DNA of 37,084 nt from a virus (Duplodnaviria > Caudoviricetes): positions 1-37,084 of the IMG/VR virus record IMGVR_UViG_3300032225_000155. One strand, written 5' to 3'. Positions 16,514 to 25,421 of this stretch are shown here, piece by piece. Positions within the stretch are counted from its first letter, which is position 1. Each line of letters opens with the position of its first letter. The notes under the pieces were generated by a model that was not told where the DNA came from, searched no databases, and saw nothing but the letters and a program-made list of their open reading frames with translations. The translations under genes and the position numbers were made by a program.

Positions 16514-18747
16514 TATCTTCTTCCGTCTGGTCGTATATCAATACGTGGATAACCCATCTGCCAAGCAACACCTAACCCTGTAGATTCAATCCTGTACGCC
16601 ATTTGCCGGCCTCTAATGCGGGTATATACCTGTCCGTCAAACTGTTGAACAGCATAGGTGTACCGAGAATTATAGTTTTGAGCACTTGCTACTACTGGGG
16701 CGTTTGGTGCTCCATAAGCAGTACCTGCATTTTGACGAGGCAATACCACCATAGTTACTTGCGGCACACCAGATGTAGACCCGTTAAATGTTAAGTCAGG
16801 TAGTATTCTCCATACAAATCCGAAGTTCATGCCATCGCCAATATCAAAATCAGACGATTGAACATAAGACACAATAGGTACTGGGGTTAACCCTGACGCG
16901 TCATCTACACCATTCTCATGGTACAAAATACGGTAATTAGCAATGTCGGCACCGATTGGGTATTGACGTAAACCAGAATCTAACCATGCGGAACGGCTCA
17001 TATTGCCGTAATACCAAACATTATCCACATAGTTGTAAATAACATACCGGTTAATAACATCACTATCGGCAGAGCAATAAAACCACCAAATCTCGTTATA
17101 GCCCTCTACGCTACCTGCGTATACTTGAAAGTTTTGGTTTTGATTAATATCTTGGTAAACGTATTGCCGCAAGGTACAAGGTAGAGTTTCTACGCGGCCT
17201 GTATAGCGATAGAATTTATCCGTACCCATCCAGTAGGTTACGTTATTAACTGTAATGGAAGCATTGGGTCCCATAATAGAAATGTTGTCTTGCAACAACT
17301 GGAAACCCCAAACATAAGGAGGCCCTAGATATTGCATAGAGTAAATAGCCGCATCGGACCAAATTAAAATTTCTTGGCGGGTTGATCGCGCACAAACAAT
17401 ATAAGAGCCAATATTAAGGCGGTATTCACCAGATTGATTTGTTACTGCAGGCACCCACTGGTAAGGGTTTTCTTGGTCTGACCAACGAACTAATAAAGGA
17501 TCAAATGCAGTATTGGCGTTTGTTGGGTCATAAGGATTAGCCCCAAAAGCAACAACAAAACGTTGAATAGCTGAACCAATAATTTGATTAGTGCTAGTAG
17601 GCACAAACTGCCCTGAGAATCCTGCGGCCGTTGATTCTGTTGATAAAAGTTGTGCTCTAGTTGCAAGCCCTCCAGCAGCGCCGCTGGGATAAGTTTGACC
17701 TGACGGCAACCAAAGATAAATTTTACCTCCACGAGGAGCAAGAACTAAATCTTCACCAAAATTATCGTTAGTCCATAAACGCAATTGTTCGGCAATCCCT
17801 ACACTAGCAGCTGCACCCCATCCACGAACTGGAGCTACTGGAGTATAAATAACCACAGAACCACCAGAAGCTGCCGTTGAAGCTGTTGTGTACGTAAAAG
17901 AACCAATAATTGTAGAGATAGTAAAAGTATTTGCGCCAGTCACGGTAATAGGGAATGATTTTTGCAATACTAGATAATTAATACCGCAAGCATTTGCAGC
18001 AATACTAGAAAAATAAACATAATCGCCTGTTGTTAAACCGTGGCTTGCTTTAGTAACTATAAGAGTAGAAATGCCCGTGCTAGTGGCGGTAAAAGGGTTT
18101 GTAAGCGTTGTACTAACAAAAGAAGGCCAAGCTCCAGCACCCCACCCAGTACTTAAAACTTCAACTTCCAAGCCTGTATTAATTTGAAACGCTGCAGTAA
18201 TGGACGTGCCACCACCTGCGGTAACTGTAGATGTAGCGGCTGTAGTTGTAGTAAATGTAAACTGGTCGCCAGACTTATAAGTTATTTGTTGTTCAGCATT
18301 TAATTCTGTAGCTGGAATACCACCGACTGCAGTTGAACCAGAAATAGTAACAAAATCGTTATCAACCCCACCATAACTAGAAATTGTCCCAGTAACAATA
18401 TTAGACCCGTTAACAGTAGAAAACATATTGTCCGTACTTGGGCTTGTGCTATGGGTATAAGTAACTCTAATAGGTGTTACATCATTGTAAGTACCACCTT
18501 GCTCAATGTAGTATTTAAGGTTAGTGCCAACGCCTAATAGGTTAGCGCCAGCCAATGTACCCCAATTCCAAAGAGCTCGGCAAACCCCTAAAAATGTATT
18601 GTTAGAAAGCCTTGTCCAACCGCCAATTTTTTCTGCATTACCAGAACGAAAACGTACCTTATCGCAATCAAACCAACCGCCTTCATTGGTGTAATTTGTA
18701 CCTTCTTTGTTGATGCCGGGTCTAAAGACTAGTTTTTGCAATGCCAT
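16513..18747 (-). CDS. Tail tubular protein B / packaged-DNA stabilisation protein-like (beta-propeller)
   Basis: GWFDCDKVRFR, VRWSDQEN..W, YWMG..FYRYTG.V..LPC, EIWWFY motifs; size and position before the ejection genes; two Ser/Thr-rich beta inserts. Confidence 0.7.
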   Translation of the reverse strand: MALQKLVFRPGINKEGTNYTNEGGWFDCDKVRFRSGNAEKIGGWTRLSNNTFLGVCRALWNWGTLAGANLLGVGTNLKYYIEQGGTYNDVTPIRVTYTHSTSPSTDNMFSTVNGSNIVTGTISSYGGVDNDFVTISGSTAVGGIPATELNAEQQITYKSGDQFTFTTTTAATSTVTAGGGTSITAAFQINTGLEVEVLSTGWGAGAWPSFVSTTLTNPFTATSTGISTLIVTKASHGLTTGDYVYFSSIAANACGINYLVLQKSFPITVTGANTFTISTIIGSFTYTTASTAASGGSVVIYTPVAPVRGWGAAASVGIAEQLRLWTNDNFGEDLVLAPRGGKIYLWLPSGQTYPSGAAGGLATRAQLLSTESTAAGFSGQFVPTSTNQIIGSAIQRFVVAFGANPYDPTNANTAFDPLLVRWSDQENPYQWVPAVTNQSGEYRLNIGSYIVCARSTRQEILIWSDAAIYSMQYLGPPYVWGFQLLQDNISIMGPNASITVNNVTYWMGTDKFYRYTGRVETLPCTLRQYVYQDINQNQNFQVYAGSVEGYNEIWWFYCSADSDVINRYVIYNYVDNVWYYGNMSRSAWLDSGLRQYPIGADIANYRILYHENGVDDASGLTPVPIVSYVQSSDFDIGDGMNFGFVWRILPDLTFNGSTSGVPQVTMVVLPRQNAGTAYGAPNAPVVASAQNYNSRYTYAVQQFDGQVYTRIRGRQMAYRIESTGLGVAWQMGYPRIDIRPDGRR

Positions 18748-18750
18748 AAG

Positions 18751-19347
18751 TTATCCTAGTGCCGCAAGTGCTTTGGTTGTTTTAACAAGTCTATCATCTA
18801 GACCTAGGGTTCCACCATTAATTCTTTTAGTAATCTGACCGTGCTCTTGAGCATCTGCTAGTTCGTTTAATCCTTTTTTGTTCCAGAACCAACCCGCAGA
18901 CATAGCAGCATAGTTAGGCTCAACCAAAAGGCTAGGCTGATCAACCAAGTTAACACCAATTGCACTTCCGCATCGCTCATAATTTTCTCTTCCCGTCAGT
19001 TGAATTAAACCTCTACCGTGATACTTCCAACCATCGCCTGTTTCTTCTGTACCATTACCCATACGACCACCGTAAACTTTATCAGCTATACGTTGTGGGT
19101 TATTAGCATAGGCTGCTGCTGTGGCTAAATCTGGAAAACGGCTAGGCCACACTTTCATTAAGGACTCGGCTTTGTAATGTAAGTTTTCTTCAAGAGTCTT
19201 AAAATTACCAGATTCATGAGCGCACTGACCAATAAACGCTGCTTGACGCTTAGGTGTGTTGATGTCATATTTAGTAAAGGCAGCCTGCAAAGGCTCCTCC
19301 CATTTAGGGTCAATACCGAGGGTAGTCAGAGCATTACTTAGGCTCAT
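18751..19347 (-). CDS. GH19 (chitinase-like) endolysin
   Basis: AAFIGQCAHESGNF, ENLHY, GDGWKYHGRGLIQLTGRENY, SAGWFW, ITKRINGGTLGLDDR. Confidence 0.92.
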   Translation of the reverse strand: MSLSNALTTLGIDPKWEEPLQAAFTKYDINTPKRQAAFIGQCAHESGNFKTLEENLHYKAESLMKVWPSRFPDLATAAAYANNPQRIADKVYGGRMGNGTEETGDGWKYHGRGLIQLTGRENYERCGSAIGVNLVDQPSLLVEPNYAAMSAGWFWNKKGLNELADAQEHGQITKRINGGTLGLDDRLVKTTKALAALG

Positions 19348-19744
19348 CTTTACCCCGTTTCATATCCACAATTTTTTCAAGGGTACGTCCGCCAAAGTAA
19401 AAGCTCATAATTAACATACCCCACTGTCCTAATAACTCTACATAGTTGTTGTTTACTTCAATATCCCAAGCCGACATCATTGCAAAAGTAGAGTACACAA
19501 TCAAAATAAATACAAGCGTACCGGGACGAATGTTTTTAGATAACCAAGAATCAGAAGCCATGTCAGCTTGCTGTCTTTTAGTAATTTCTTGCTGCTCCGC
19601 AGTATCCGCCTGTAGTTCCGCTAACCTGCCTTGTTGCTGTAGCTCCACTAATTTTGCTTGTGCTTCTGCTTTGGCCGCTGGGTCGGGGATAACCTTATCT
19701 AGAATCTTCATTCCTACGCTAATAATGTCGTCTACACCAAACAT
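19334..19744 (-). CDS. Holin (GTA 3TM-holin-like)
   Basis: ILDKVIPDP N-terminus, DSWLSKNIRP, two hydrophobic segments, FYFGGRTLEK; overlaps the endolysin. Confidence 0.8.
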   Translation of the reverse strand: MFGVDDIISVGMKILDKVIPDPAAKAEAQAKLVELQQQGRLAELQADTAEQQEITKRQQADMASDSWLSKNIRPGTLVFILIVYSTFAMMSAWDIEVNNNYVELLGQWGMLIMSFYFGGRTLEKIVDMKRGKDEPK

Positions 19745-19749
19745 ATCAT

Positions 19750-20202
19750 TTACCCTTTATAGCCCCAAGTACAATACCACGCAATAACCGCAGCAAGTGC
19801 AAAACAGTAGAACTGCACCCTTCTAACCGCTTTAAGGTCATGTTGAAATTCTGCATTGTTTTTTCTTTCAAGTTCTTCTATATCTGATTTAATTTTCAAA
19901 AGTGCTTCCCATTCTTTAGCGCCGTACTTTTTAACAAAATCTATCTTTAGCTTTGCTTCTTGGTCGCTAATTTGTTTCTTGTGGTTCCAATCTTTTAATG
20001 CACGAATTAGAGCCGTTTCTTTTTTAAATTCTGCTTCTCTAGCTGCTCGGCGTCTTTCTAATGCTTTTGCCTGCGCTACATCTGTTGCTTCTTGTTGAAC
20101 CCCTTCAATACTTTTAGACAGCCCTTTTGCAGCCTCCCGACTTGCATCTAGACTTCCGCTAAGAGACTTTACTCCTTCGGTTATTCCATATGGGTCCGAC
20201 AT
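19750..20202 (-). CDS. Coiled-coil protein with C-terminal transmembrane segment
   Basis: Charged helical body, hydrophobic FYCFALAAVIAWYCTW tail; immediately upstream of the holin. Confidence 0.7.
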   Translation of the reverse strand: MSDPYGITEGVKSLSGSLDASREAAKGLSKSIEGVQQEATDVAQAKALERRRAAREAEFKKETALIRALKDWNHKKQISDQEAKLKIDFVKKYGAKEWEALLKIKSDIEELERKNNAEFQHDLKAVRRVQFYCFALAAVIAWYCTWGYKG

Positions 20203-20222
20203 GGTTCACTTTATTTCGCCTT

Positions 20223-21518
20223 TTAGTTATATTCGTAGACAACAATAATTCCATCGCCGCCAACACCAGCAGGTTGACCACTGTATCCAGAACCACCTCC
20301 ACCGCCGCCGTATACACCAGCTCCGCCCGGAGTTATATATCCACCTCCAGCGCCAGCTACTCCAAAAAATGCAGGTACGCCACCAGATAGACCCCATGTA
20401 CTAATGCCTTGGAATGCTCCCGGAGTTTGACCCGGAATGTTTAAGTCTCCGCCTGTTGCAGTGCCGCCTGTACCGCCTTGTGAATAACCACCGGGTTTGC
20501 TTGGAGCGCCTCCACCACCAGCAGTTATTGTTCCAGCTGGATTAGCAAAAGTTGAACTTGAACCAGCTGAATCAATTGCACCGCCAGAACCTACAACTGC
20601 AGCTATTGAAGAAATGGATGTTACATCTATCGTTTTAATTGCACAGCCGCCGCCGCCGCCTCCAGTACCACCATTTCCACTTAATCCGCCACCACCCGCA
20701 CCAATAACATACACATATATCTTTTTAATTCCTGACGGTCTAGTCCATGTAGTTGATCCAGCGGTTGTAAAGTATTGAACAGAAACAAACCCGCCTGCAA
20801 CACTGCTACCACCAGCATTAGCCAAAACAAAAGCCGTAGTAGCTAATTGAGTTGTATTAGTTCCAACCGCAGCAGTCGGTGCAGTCACGACCCCAGAAAT
20901 AGTGCCTGTACTTAAATTAGTAGCCCCAGTAACACCTAAAGTCCCGCCAACAGTTGTATTGCCAGCAACGCCCAAAGTGCCACCAACCGTTGTATTGCCC
21001 GTAAGTGTTGAAGCTCCGGTAACACCTAAAGTGCCACCAACAGTCATGTTGCCTGTATCAGTTAACCCAGTAGCAGTTAAAGTGCCGTTTACAGTAAAAT
21101 TACCTGCAGAGCCTGTTTGGGAAGAATAGCAGTTAGTTCCATCAAAATAAACTTGGGCAGTAACCCCGTTAGGAATAGACGCAGTAGTTCCAGTAGAAGC
21201 GCCAATTGTAATTGCATACCCGCCAGAAGTACTATTCTTAACTATATATGTTTTAGTCTGGTTTAATGGGATAATAATTTGACGTATTGCAGAGTTTGTT
21301 CCACCTACCACCAAAACAGCATTCCGTGCTTCATCTGATACACCGTTAAAATTTGTTAATGTGTAGTCGGCGTTGACCATAGTAATGTTTTGAACACCCG
21401 TAATAGCTTGTTCTAGCAATGTGCCAAGGTTGTTGTTGGTCGTAGTACCCCATGTACCGGACTGGTCGCCGTTACCAATAAGCTCTAATTTAAGCGATGG
21501 TGAGTAAGTAGATGCCAT
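20223..21518 (-). CDS. Tail fibre-like protein with Gly-rich C-terminal domain
   Basis: MASTYS..LELIGNGDQSGTWG..TNNNL N-terminus, tandem GNxTVGGTLGV repeats, TQLATTAFV fibre motif, Gly-rich domain ending GGDGIIVVYEY. Confidence 0.8.
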   Translation of the reverse strand: MASTYSPSLKLELIGNGDQSGTWGTTTNNNLGTLLEQAITGVQNITMVNADYTLTNFNGVSDEARNAVLVVGGTNSAIRQIIIPLNQTKTYIVKNSTSGGYAITIGASTGTTASIPNGVTAQVYFDGTNCYSSQTGSAGNFTVNGTLTATGLTDTGNMTVGGTLGVTGASTLTGNTTVGGTLGVAGNTTVGGTLGVTGATNLSTGTISGVVTAPTAAVGTNTTQLATTAFVLANAGGSSVAGGFVSVQYFTTAGSTTWTRPSGIKKIYVYVIGAGGGGLSGNGGTGGGGGGCAIKTIDVTSISSIAAVVGSGGAIDSAGSSSTFANPAGTITAGGGGAPSKPGGYSQGGTGGTATGGDLNIPGQTPGAFQGISTWGLSGGVPAFFGVAGAGGGYITPGGAGVYGGGGGGSGYSGQPAGVGGDGIIVVYEYN

Positions 21519-21529
21519 ATATTCTTTCT

Positions 21530-22372
21530 TTAAGGCTGAGAGTTATTGACCGGAACCCAAGTAACGGATTGATCGTTGTTAATTTTAAACCATCCAGCAA
21601 CCCCTGCCAAGTCTGCTACAGTAAAAGGTTCAACTCTAGATTGTAAAAAAGCGGATTGTTGTAAGCTAGAGTCCGCAGAATTTAAGTTCTCTGACAGGCT
21701 TTGCAAGAATGTTGATACTTGAGCGCTAGAATCGGCAGAATTAATATTTTCGGTAATTGTAAATACAAGAGTAAATATAAAGCTATCTGCTAAATTAATG
21801 TTTTCAGTAATAGATAACGGGAAGTTAGCCCTAATTAAGGGAGTATCCGCTAAATTAATGTTTTCGGTAATAGCCTGTAAAAGCTGGGCTACATTTGTAA
21901 TGGACTCGGCTAAAGTAGTATTTTCTGTTACTATCGCTAAATAAGCAAATTGCGTGGTGCTTGAATCTTGTACTGATGTTATTGACTCTGAGCGAGTTTG
22001 CAGAGCGGCAAAATACGGCACCGGGGTATCTGCAAGTGTTTGACCTTCAACAATGCTTGATAAAAACAAATTTCCTGCCCCACCCGGCACATCATTAGAA
22101 TTAAAGTTTTCGGCTAGGCTTTGTAAGAATGCTGATGCTTGAGTGCTTGAGTCGCCAAAGGTTAAATTTTCTGTTGCACTGCCAAAATAATTTACTCCTG
22201 CATCGCTATTTTCTACATCATTTAGTCTAATATTTTCAGCAAAACTTTGATTAAAAACAAAAACCTGACTGCTAGAATCTGCTGCATCTATGTTCTCCGC
22301 TATTGTTTCGACAAAGGCTGTCCCTGCCAATGAAGCAAATGGCGTTTGAGCAAAAGATGAAATTCCAAACAT
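21530..22372 (-). CDS. Acidic repeat-containing virion protein
   Basis: MFGISSFAQTPFASL N-terminus; about 12 imperfect hxENhNxAD repeats; C-terminal W..IN..Q..W. Confidence 0.7.
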   Translation of the reverse strand: MFGISSFAQTPFASLAGTAFVETIAENIDAADSSSQVFVFNQSFAENIRLNDVENSDAGVNYFGSATENLTFGDSSTQASAFLQSLAENFNSNDVPGGAGNLFLSSIVEGQTLADTPVPYFAALQTRSESITSVQDSSTTQFAYLAIVTENTTLAESITNVAQLLQAITENINLADTPLIRANFPLSITENINLADSFIFTLVFTITENINSADSSAQVSTFLQSLSENLNSADSSLQQSAFLQSRVEPFTVADLAGVAGWFKINNDQSVTWVPVNNSQP

Positions 22373-23157
22373 TATAGAAGGCCCATTTCTTTGCGAATTT
22401 TAGTGGCACTAATGTCGGTTATTGATTTATCAAAAGTTTCTTGCTCAATCTTGTAACCTACATCTCTGCCGTAAGTAATGTTGGTGATATTAGGAACTAC
22501 CTGTATCTCGTACTGACCTTGGAATAGCGGGTCTAAATCACGCTTAATATTAGATTTTACTTGTTCTATGGCAAAAGGGTTTGACCCTTGCCAGCCCTGA
22601 CAATCACGAATTTGAATAACTACTTGACCTGTCTTGGCAATAGCCCGTTCAAACAATGCTCTGTGTCCTTCGTGCCAAGGTTGCCATCTGCCAAGCATCT
22701 GTACTGTTTCTTTCTGCCAATCAAAGGTAGGTCTGCGCTTGTTCTCAATGATATGATTACCAATAAATTCAGCCCATTTATCGCAGTTCTGCTCCGTAAC
22801 ACGAAAGTCATAAACCTCTGGCGGGATAAAGGCTTTGTTGGTATTTTCAAACCTTCCAGCATCAATAGTATCCATCCAGATAGTCCAGTCGGCTTTGAAG
22901 TTATTACGCATCTCAATTAATGGTGCTACAAAGTCGCAGATAACATAATCACCGCCAGCTTCTAATGCAAAATCAGCCATGCGTAAAGATTGGCGGATAC
23001 GCCCAGCATCAGAGAAGTCCCAGTCGTTATACTTCTTACGCACTTCGTCTGCATTAAACCATGCTACCTGAGCATTAAGCGCTAAATACTTTTTTAATGC
23101 TTGCGCTAGGTAAGTCTTACCTGAACCCGGCAAACCCATAATAAGTATTTTTTTCAT
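22372..23157 (-). CDS. Adenylylsulfate (APS) kinase-like domain fused to an HxGH nucleotidyltransferase
   Basis: N-half: ILIMGLPGSGKT, NADEVR, DFSDAGRIRQ, VICDFVAP (CysC-like). C-half: GRWQPWHEGH, SNPF, ISATKIR. Confidence 0.8.
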   Translation of the reverse strand: MKKILIMGLPGSGKTYLAQALKKYLALNAQVAWFNADEVRKKYNDWDFSDAGRIRQSLRMADFALEAGGDYVICDFVAPLIEMRNNFKADWTIWMDTIDAGRFENTNKAFIPPEVYDFRVTEQNCDKWAEFIGNHIIENKRRPTFDWQKETVQMLGRWQPWHEGHRALFERAIAKTGQVVIQIRDCQGWQGSNPFAIEQVKSNIKRDLDPLFQGQYEIQVVPNITNITYGRDVGYKIEQETFDKSITDISATKIRKEMGLL

Positions 23158-23348
23158 AGTTTATTCCACACTCTTTCATGTATCCAATAAAGCGCAATTT
23201 TTGTCATTATCTCTGTAAACGCAATGCCCGTTGCTACCATCAATGTACCTGATATTACCCAGCTAATTATAAAAGTATCAATAGTTCCTACAACTCTCCA
23301 AGATATAGCCTTTACTAAGCTACGGTATGGACTATCCTTGGAGTGCAT
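23154..23348 (-). CDS. DUF2061-like small membrane protein
   Basis: RSLVKAISWRVVGTIDTFIISW..ALYWIHERVW; ATGA-type 4-nt overlap with the APS kinase gene start. Confidence 0.8.
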   Translation of the reverse strand: MHSKDSPYRSLVKAISWRVVGTIDTFIISWVISGTLMVATGIAFTEIMTKIALYWIHERVWNKL

Positions 23349-23718
23349 CTAGCTGGTCATGTGTTGTACAAGCATCAATAGCAGCTTGTTTTGGTGCAAT
23401 ACCATCTTTAGCAGCTTGTAGTGCGGCTGGGTTATAAGTAGATGGGTCTGCGGCCTGCTGTTTAAATAACATATTAAATGCCATTCCAGCTTGCTGCTTC
23501 ATGTTTTCTTTGCGTTCAACCACGGTTATATCTGCAACGCCGTAAACAATCTCTACAGGGTCTTTAGTCAAATCAAAGGTGTGTGCTGTGTAGTGTTGAC
23601 GATTTGCAATGATGGCAGGTCTTACTTCAATAGCGTGCTTCCAGCCCGGTCTGCCGTCTGGCAAAGTATCCCAAACATCTTTAACTTCACCGTTTTCAAT
23701 GCGTACATATAAACTCAT
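23332..23718 (-). CDS. Hypothetical protein (possible fibre assembly chaperone)
   Basis: Coupled ORF; YVRIENGEV N-terminus and AAIDACTTHDQLDAL C-terminus resemble small fibre-associated proteins. Function is inferred. Confidence 0.6.
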   Translation of the reverse strand: MSLYVRIENGEVKDVWDTLPDGRPGWKHAIEVRPAIIANRQHYTAHTFDLTKDPVEIVYGVADITVVERKENMKQQAGMAFNMLFKQQAADPSTYNPAALQAAKDGIAPKQAAIDACTTHDQLDALQG

Positions 23719-25421
23719 TTAATTCTCCTTGCTTGTTCTTTAAATTCATCAGTTATTTTAGCTAATGGGGCACCCCAATCACCAAATTTCTCTTGTCTAA
23801 ACAGCCTAACATTACGATACCAGATGCTTGTGTTCTTACCGTCTGCCCATAAATAATAAGGCAATACAGGACTAATAATCCATGTTTCCTTACCCATTGC
23901 TGCGGCTAAGTGGGCTACAGAAGTGCAAGAACTAATAACCTTGTCCACGCCCTCAATTACCGCCTTGGTGTGTAGCCAAGTATCTAGGCAAGGTTTTTGC
24001 ACATGGTCAGGAATATTATCAGTTCCAACATCTCTTTGCAAACTAATTAATTCTGCTGGTATTGTAAATAATGGTGCGGGGTCAAATATCCGATTGTGCT
24101 CATGCTCAAAGCGTGGGTTGCCTTGCCAGCGTAGCCCAATCTTGCCGTTAGGTTTAATTGTTTTGCAAGGAATATAAGGTGCATTGTTGACTGTTAAAAA
24201 GCTAAGATAGCCTGACATACCTAATACATGGTAGTCGTGATAGACACCACCTGCGGCTCTAGATTCAACTACTGCAGAAACTCCATCCACTAGCATCATT
24301 AACCCAGCTAATTCAGCCATACAGGAAACTACACAGACACCACCACGGCTGACAATTTCTCTTGCCCACCTAGCGCTATGAATTTGGTCGCCCCTACCAC
24401 CTTCTAGTACCAATAAAACAACCTCGCCATTTAAAGGTCTGCCATCATACCTTGGCATTGCAGATGGGTTAGGATTACCAAAGACTTCCTCGTTACGACC
24501 TCTATCTAATAACTCAAAGCCTTCTTTTAGGTTGCCATGTCTGAGTGCGTACCAACCACGATTAAAAGCGGCTCGGTCATCTTGCGGTCTTGTTTCTAAA
24601 AGAATCTTACACATTGCCTCAGAAGTCTCAAACTCGCCACGCATCGCAGCCTCTACTTGAAAATCAAGCACATCTTTTTTAGGTTCTGTTTCGCCAAGCC
24701 AAAACTTAGGTGCGTGAAAACGATATTCAAATTCGCCCAATACATCTTTAGCAGATGTGTTTGAGTTTTTTAGTTTTGGTTTAACATCATGCAACCCAGC
24801 AACACCCCAAGCGTTCTCGTCATCCTCTGCAACTGATTTACCGTCAATATTATTAAAATCATGGGCAAACGGTTCAAGGTTCCAAAACGTTTCTATCTTG
24901 GCAACCACGGTTTTTGGGTCTGACATTAACTCATCGTAGTCAACAAACAAAATGTTTTCTGGATGTTCTGTGTAACCTTCTAGTAATGAGGCATAAGAAC
25001 CCTTAAGGTGTCCAATTAACTGCCCATTACAAAACTCAGCAAGACTTTCAGGTTTTGCAATCTTGGCAAATGAAGCTGCACAAGTAGCTACATCTCTAAC
25101 AGTAGCCACAATTCTAACTGGGGACTCAAGAACCTCACCCATAGTCTTTTGAATTTGTGGCGTTACCCAACCCCTAGACTTGTCAACCGTAATCTTACCG
25201 TCTTTACGAACAGGTATTAACTTCCTAAGAGTTTCATATAAATGTTCATTAGTTTGATTTTGTGCTTTAGTTGTAGGATTGTTTTCCCACGACTGCACAA
25301 TAGAACCAAATATATCAATAAGTCCAGAGGTAGGCGTTACGTGAATGTCATTACGCTGGTTTAGCAAAGCTGCTAAAACTGTTGAACCTGAGCGTGGAAG
25401 TCCAGATAGAAAGTACATCAT
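23715..25421 (-). CDS. Sulfotransferase - TPR - GT-B (GT9-like) glycosyltransferase fusion
   Basis: 5'-PSB loop FLSGLPRSGST, DKSRGW, 3'-PB TVRDV..CAASF, VDYDELMSDP; TPR-like AAFNRGWYALRHG; EGGRGDQI, IGLRWQGNP, DKVISSCTSVAHLAAAMGKETW, WY.NVRLFRQ..GDW. Confidence 0.85.
   Translation of the reverse strand: MMYFLSGLPRSGSTVLAALLNQRNDIHVTPTSGLIDIFGSIVQSWENNPTTKAQNQTNEHLYETLRKLIPVRKDGKITVDKSRGWVTPQIQKTMGEVLESPVRIVATVRDVATCAASFAKIAKPESLAEFCNGQLIGHLKGSYASLLEGYTEHPENILFVDYDELMSDPKTVVAKIETFWNLEPFAHDFNNIDGKSVAEDDENAWGVAGLHDVKPKLKNSNTSAKDVLGEFEYRFHAPKFWLGETEPKKDVLDFQVEAAMRGEFETSEAMCKILLETRPQDDRAAFNRGWYALRHGNLKEGFELLDRGRNEEVFGNPNPSAMPRYDGRPLNGEVVLLVLEGGRGDQIHSARWAREIVSRGGVCVVSCMAELAGLMMLVDGVSAVVESRAAGGVYHDYHVLGMSGYLSFLTVNNAPYIPCKTIKPNGKIGLRWQGNPRFEHEHNRIFDPAPLFTIPAELISLQRDVGTDNIPDHVQKPCLDTWLHTKAVIEGVDKVISSCTSVAHLAAAMGKETWIISPVLPYYLWADGKNTSIWYRNVRLFRQEKFGDWGAPLAKITDEFKEQARRIK

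Noticed and set aside
20900-21050. Tandem DNA repeats in the fibre gene as a phase-variation locus
   Set aside because: They are degenerate in-frame GNxTVGGTLGV fibre-shaft repeats, which are ordinary for tail fibres.
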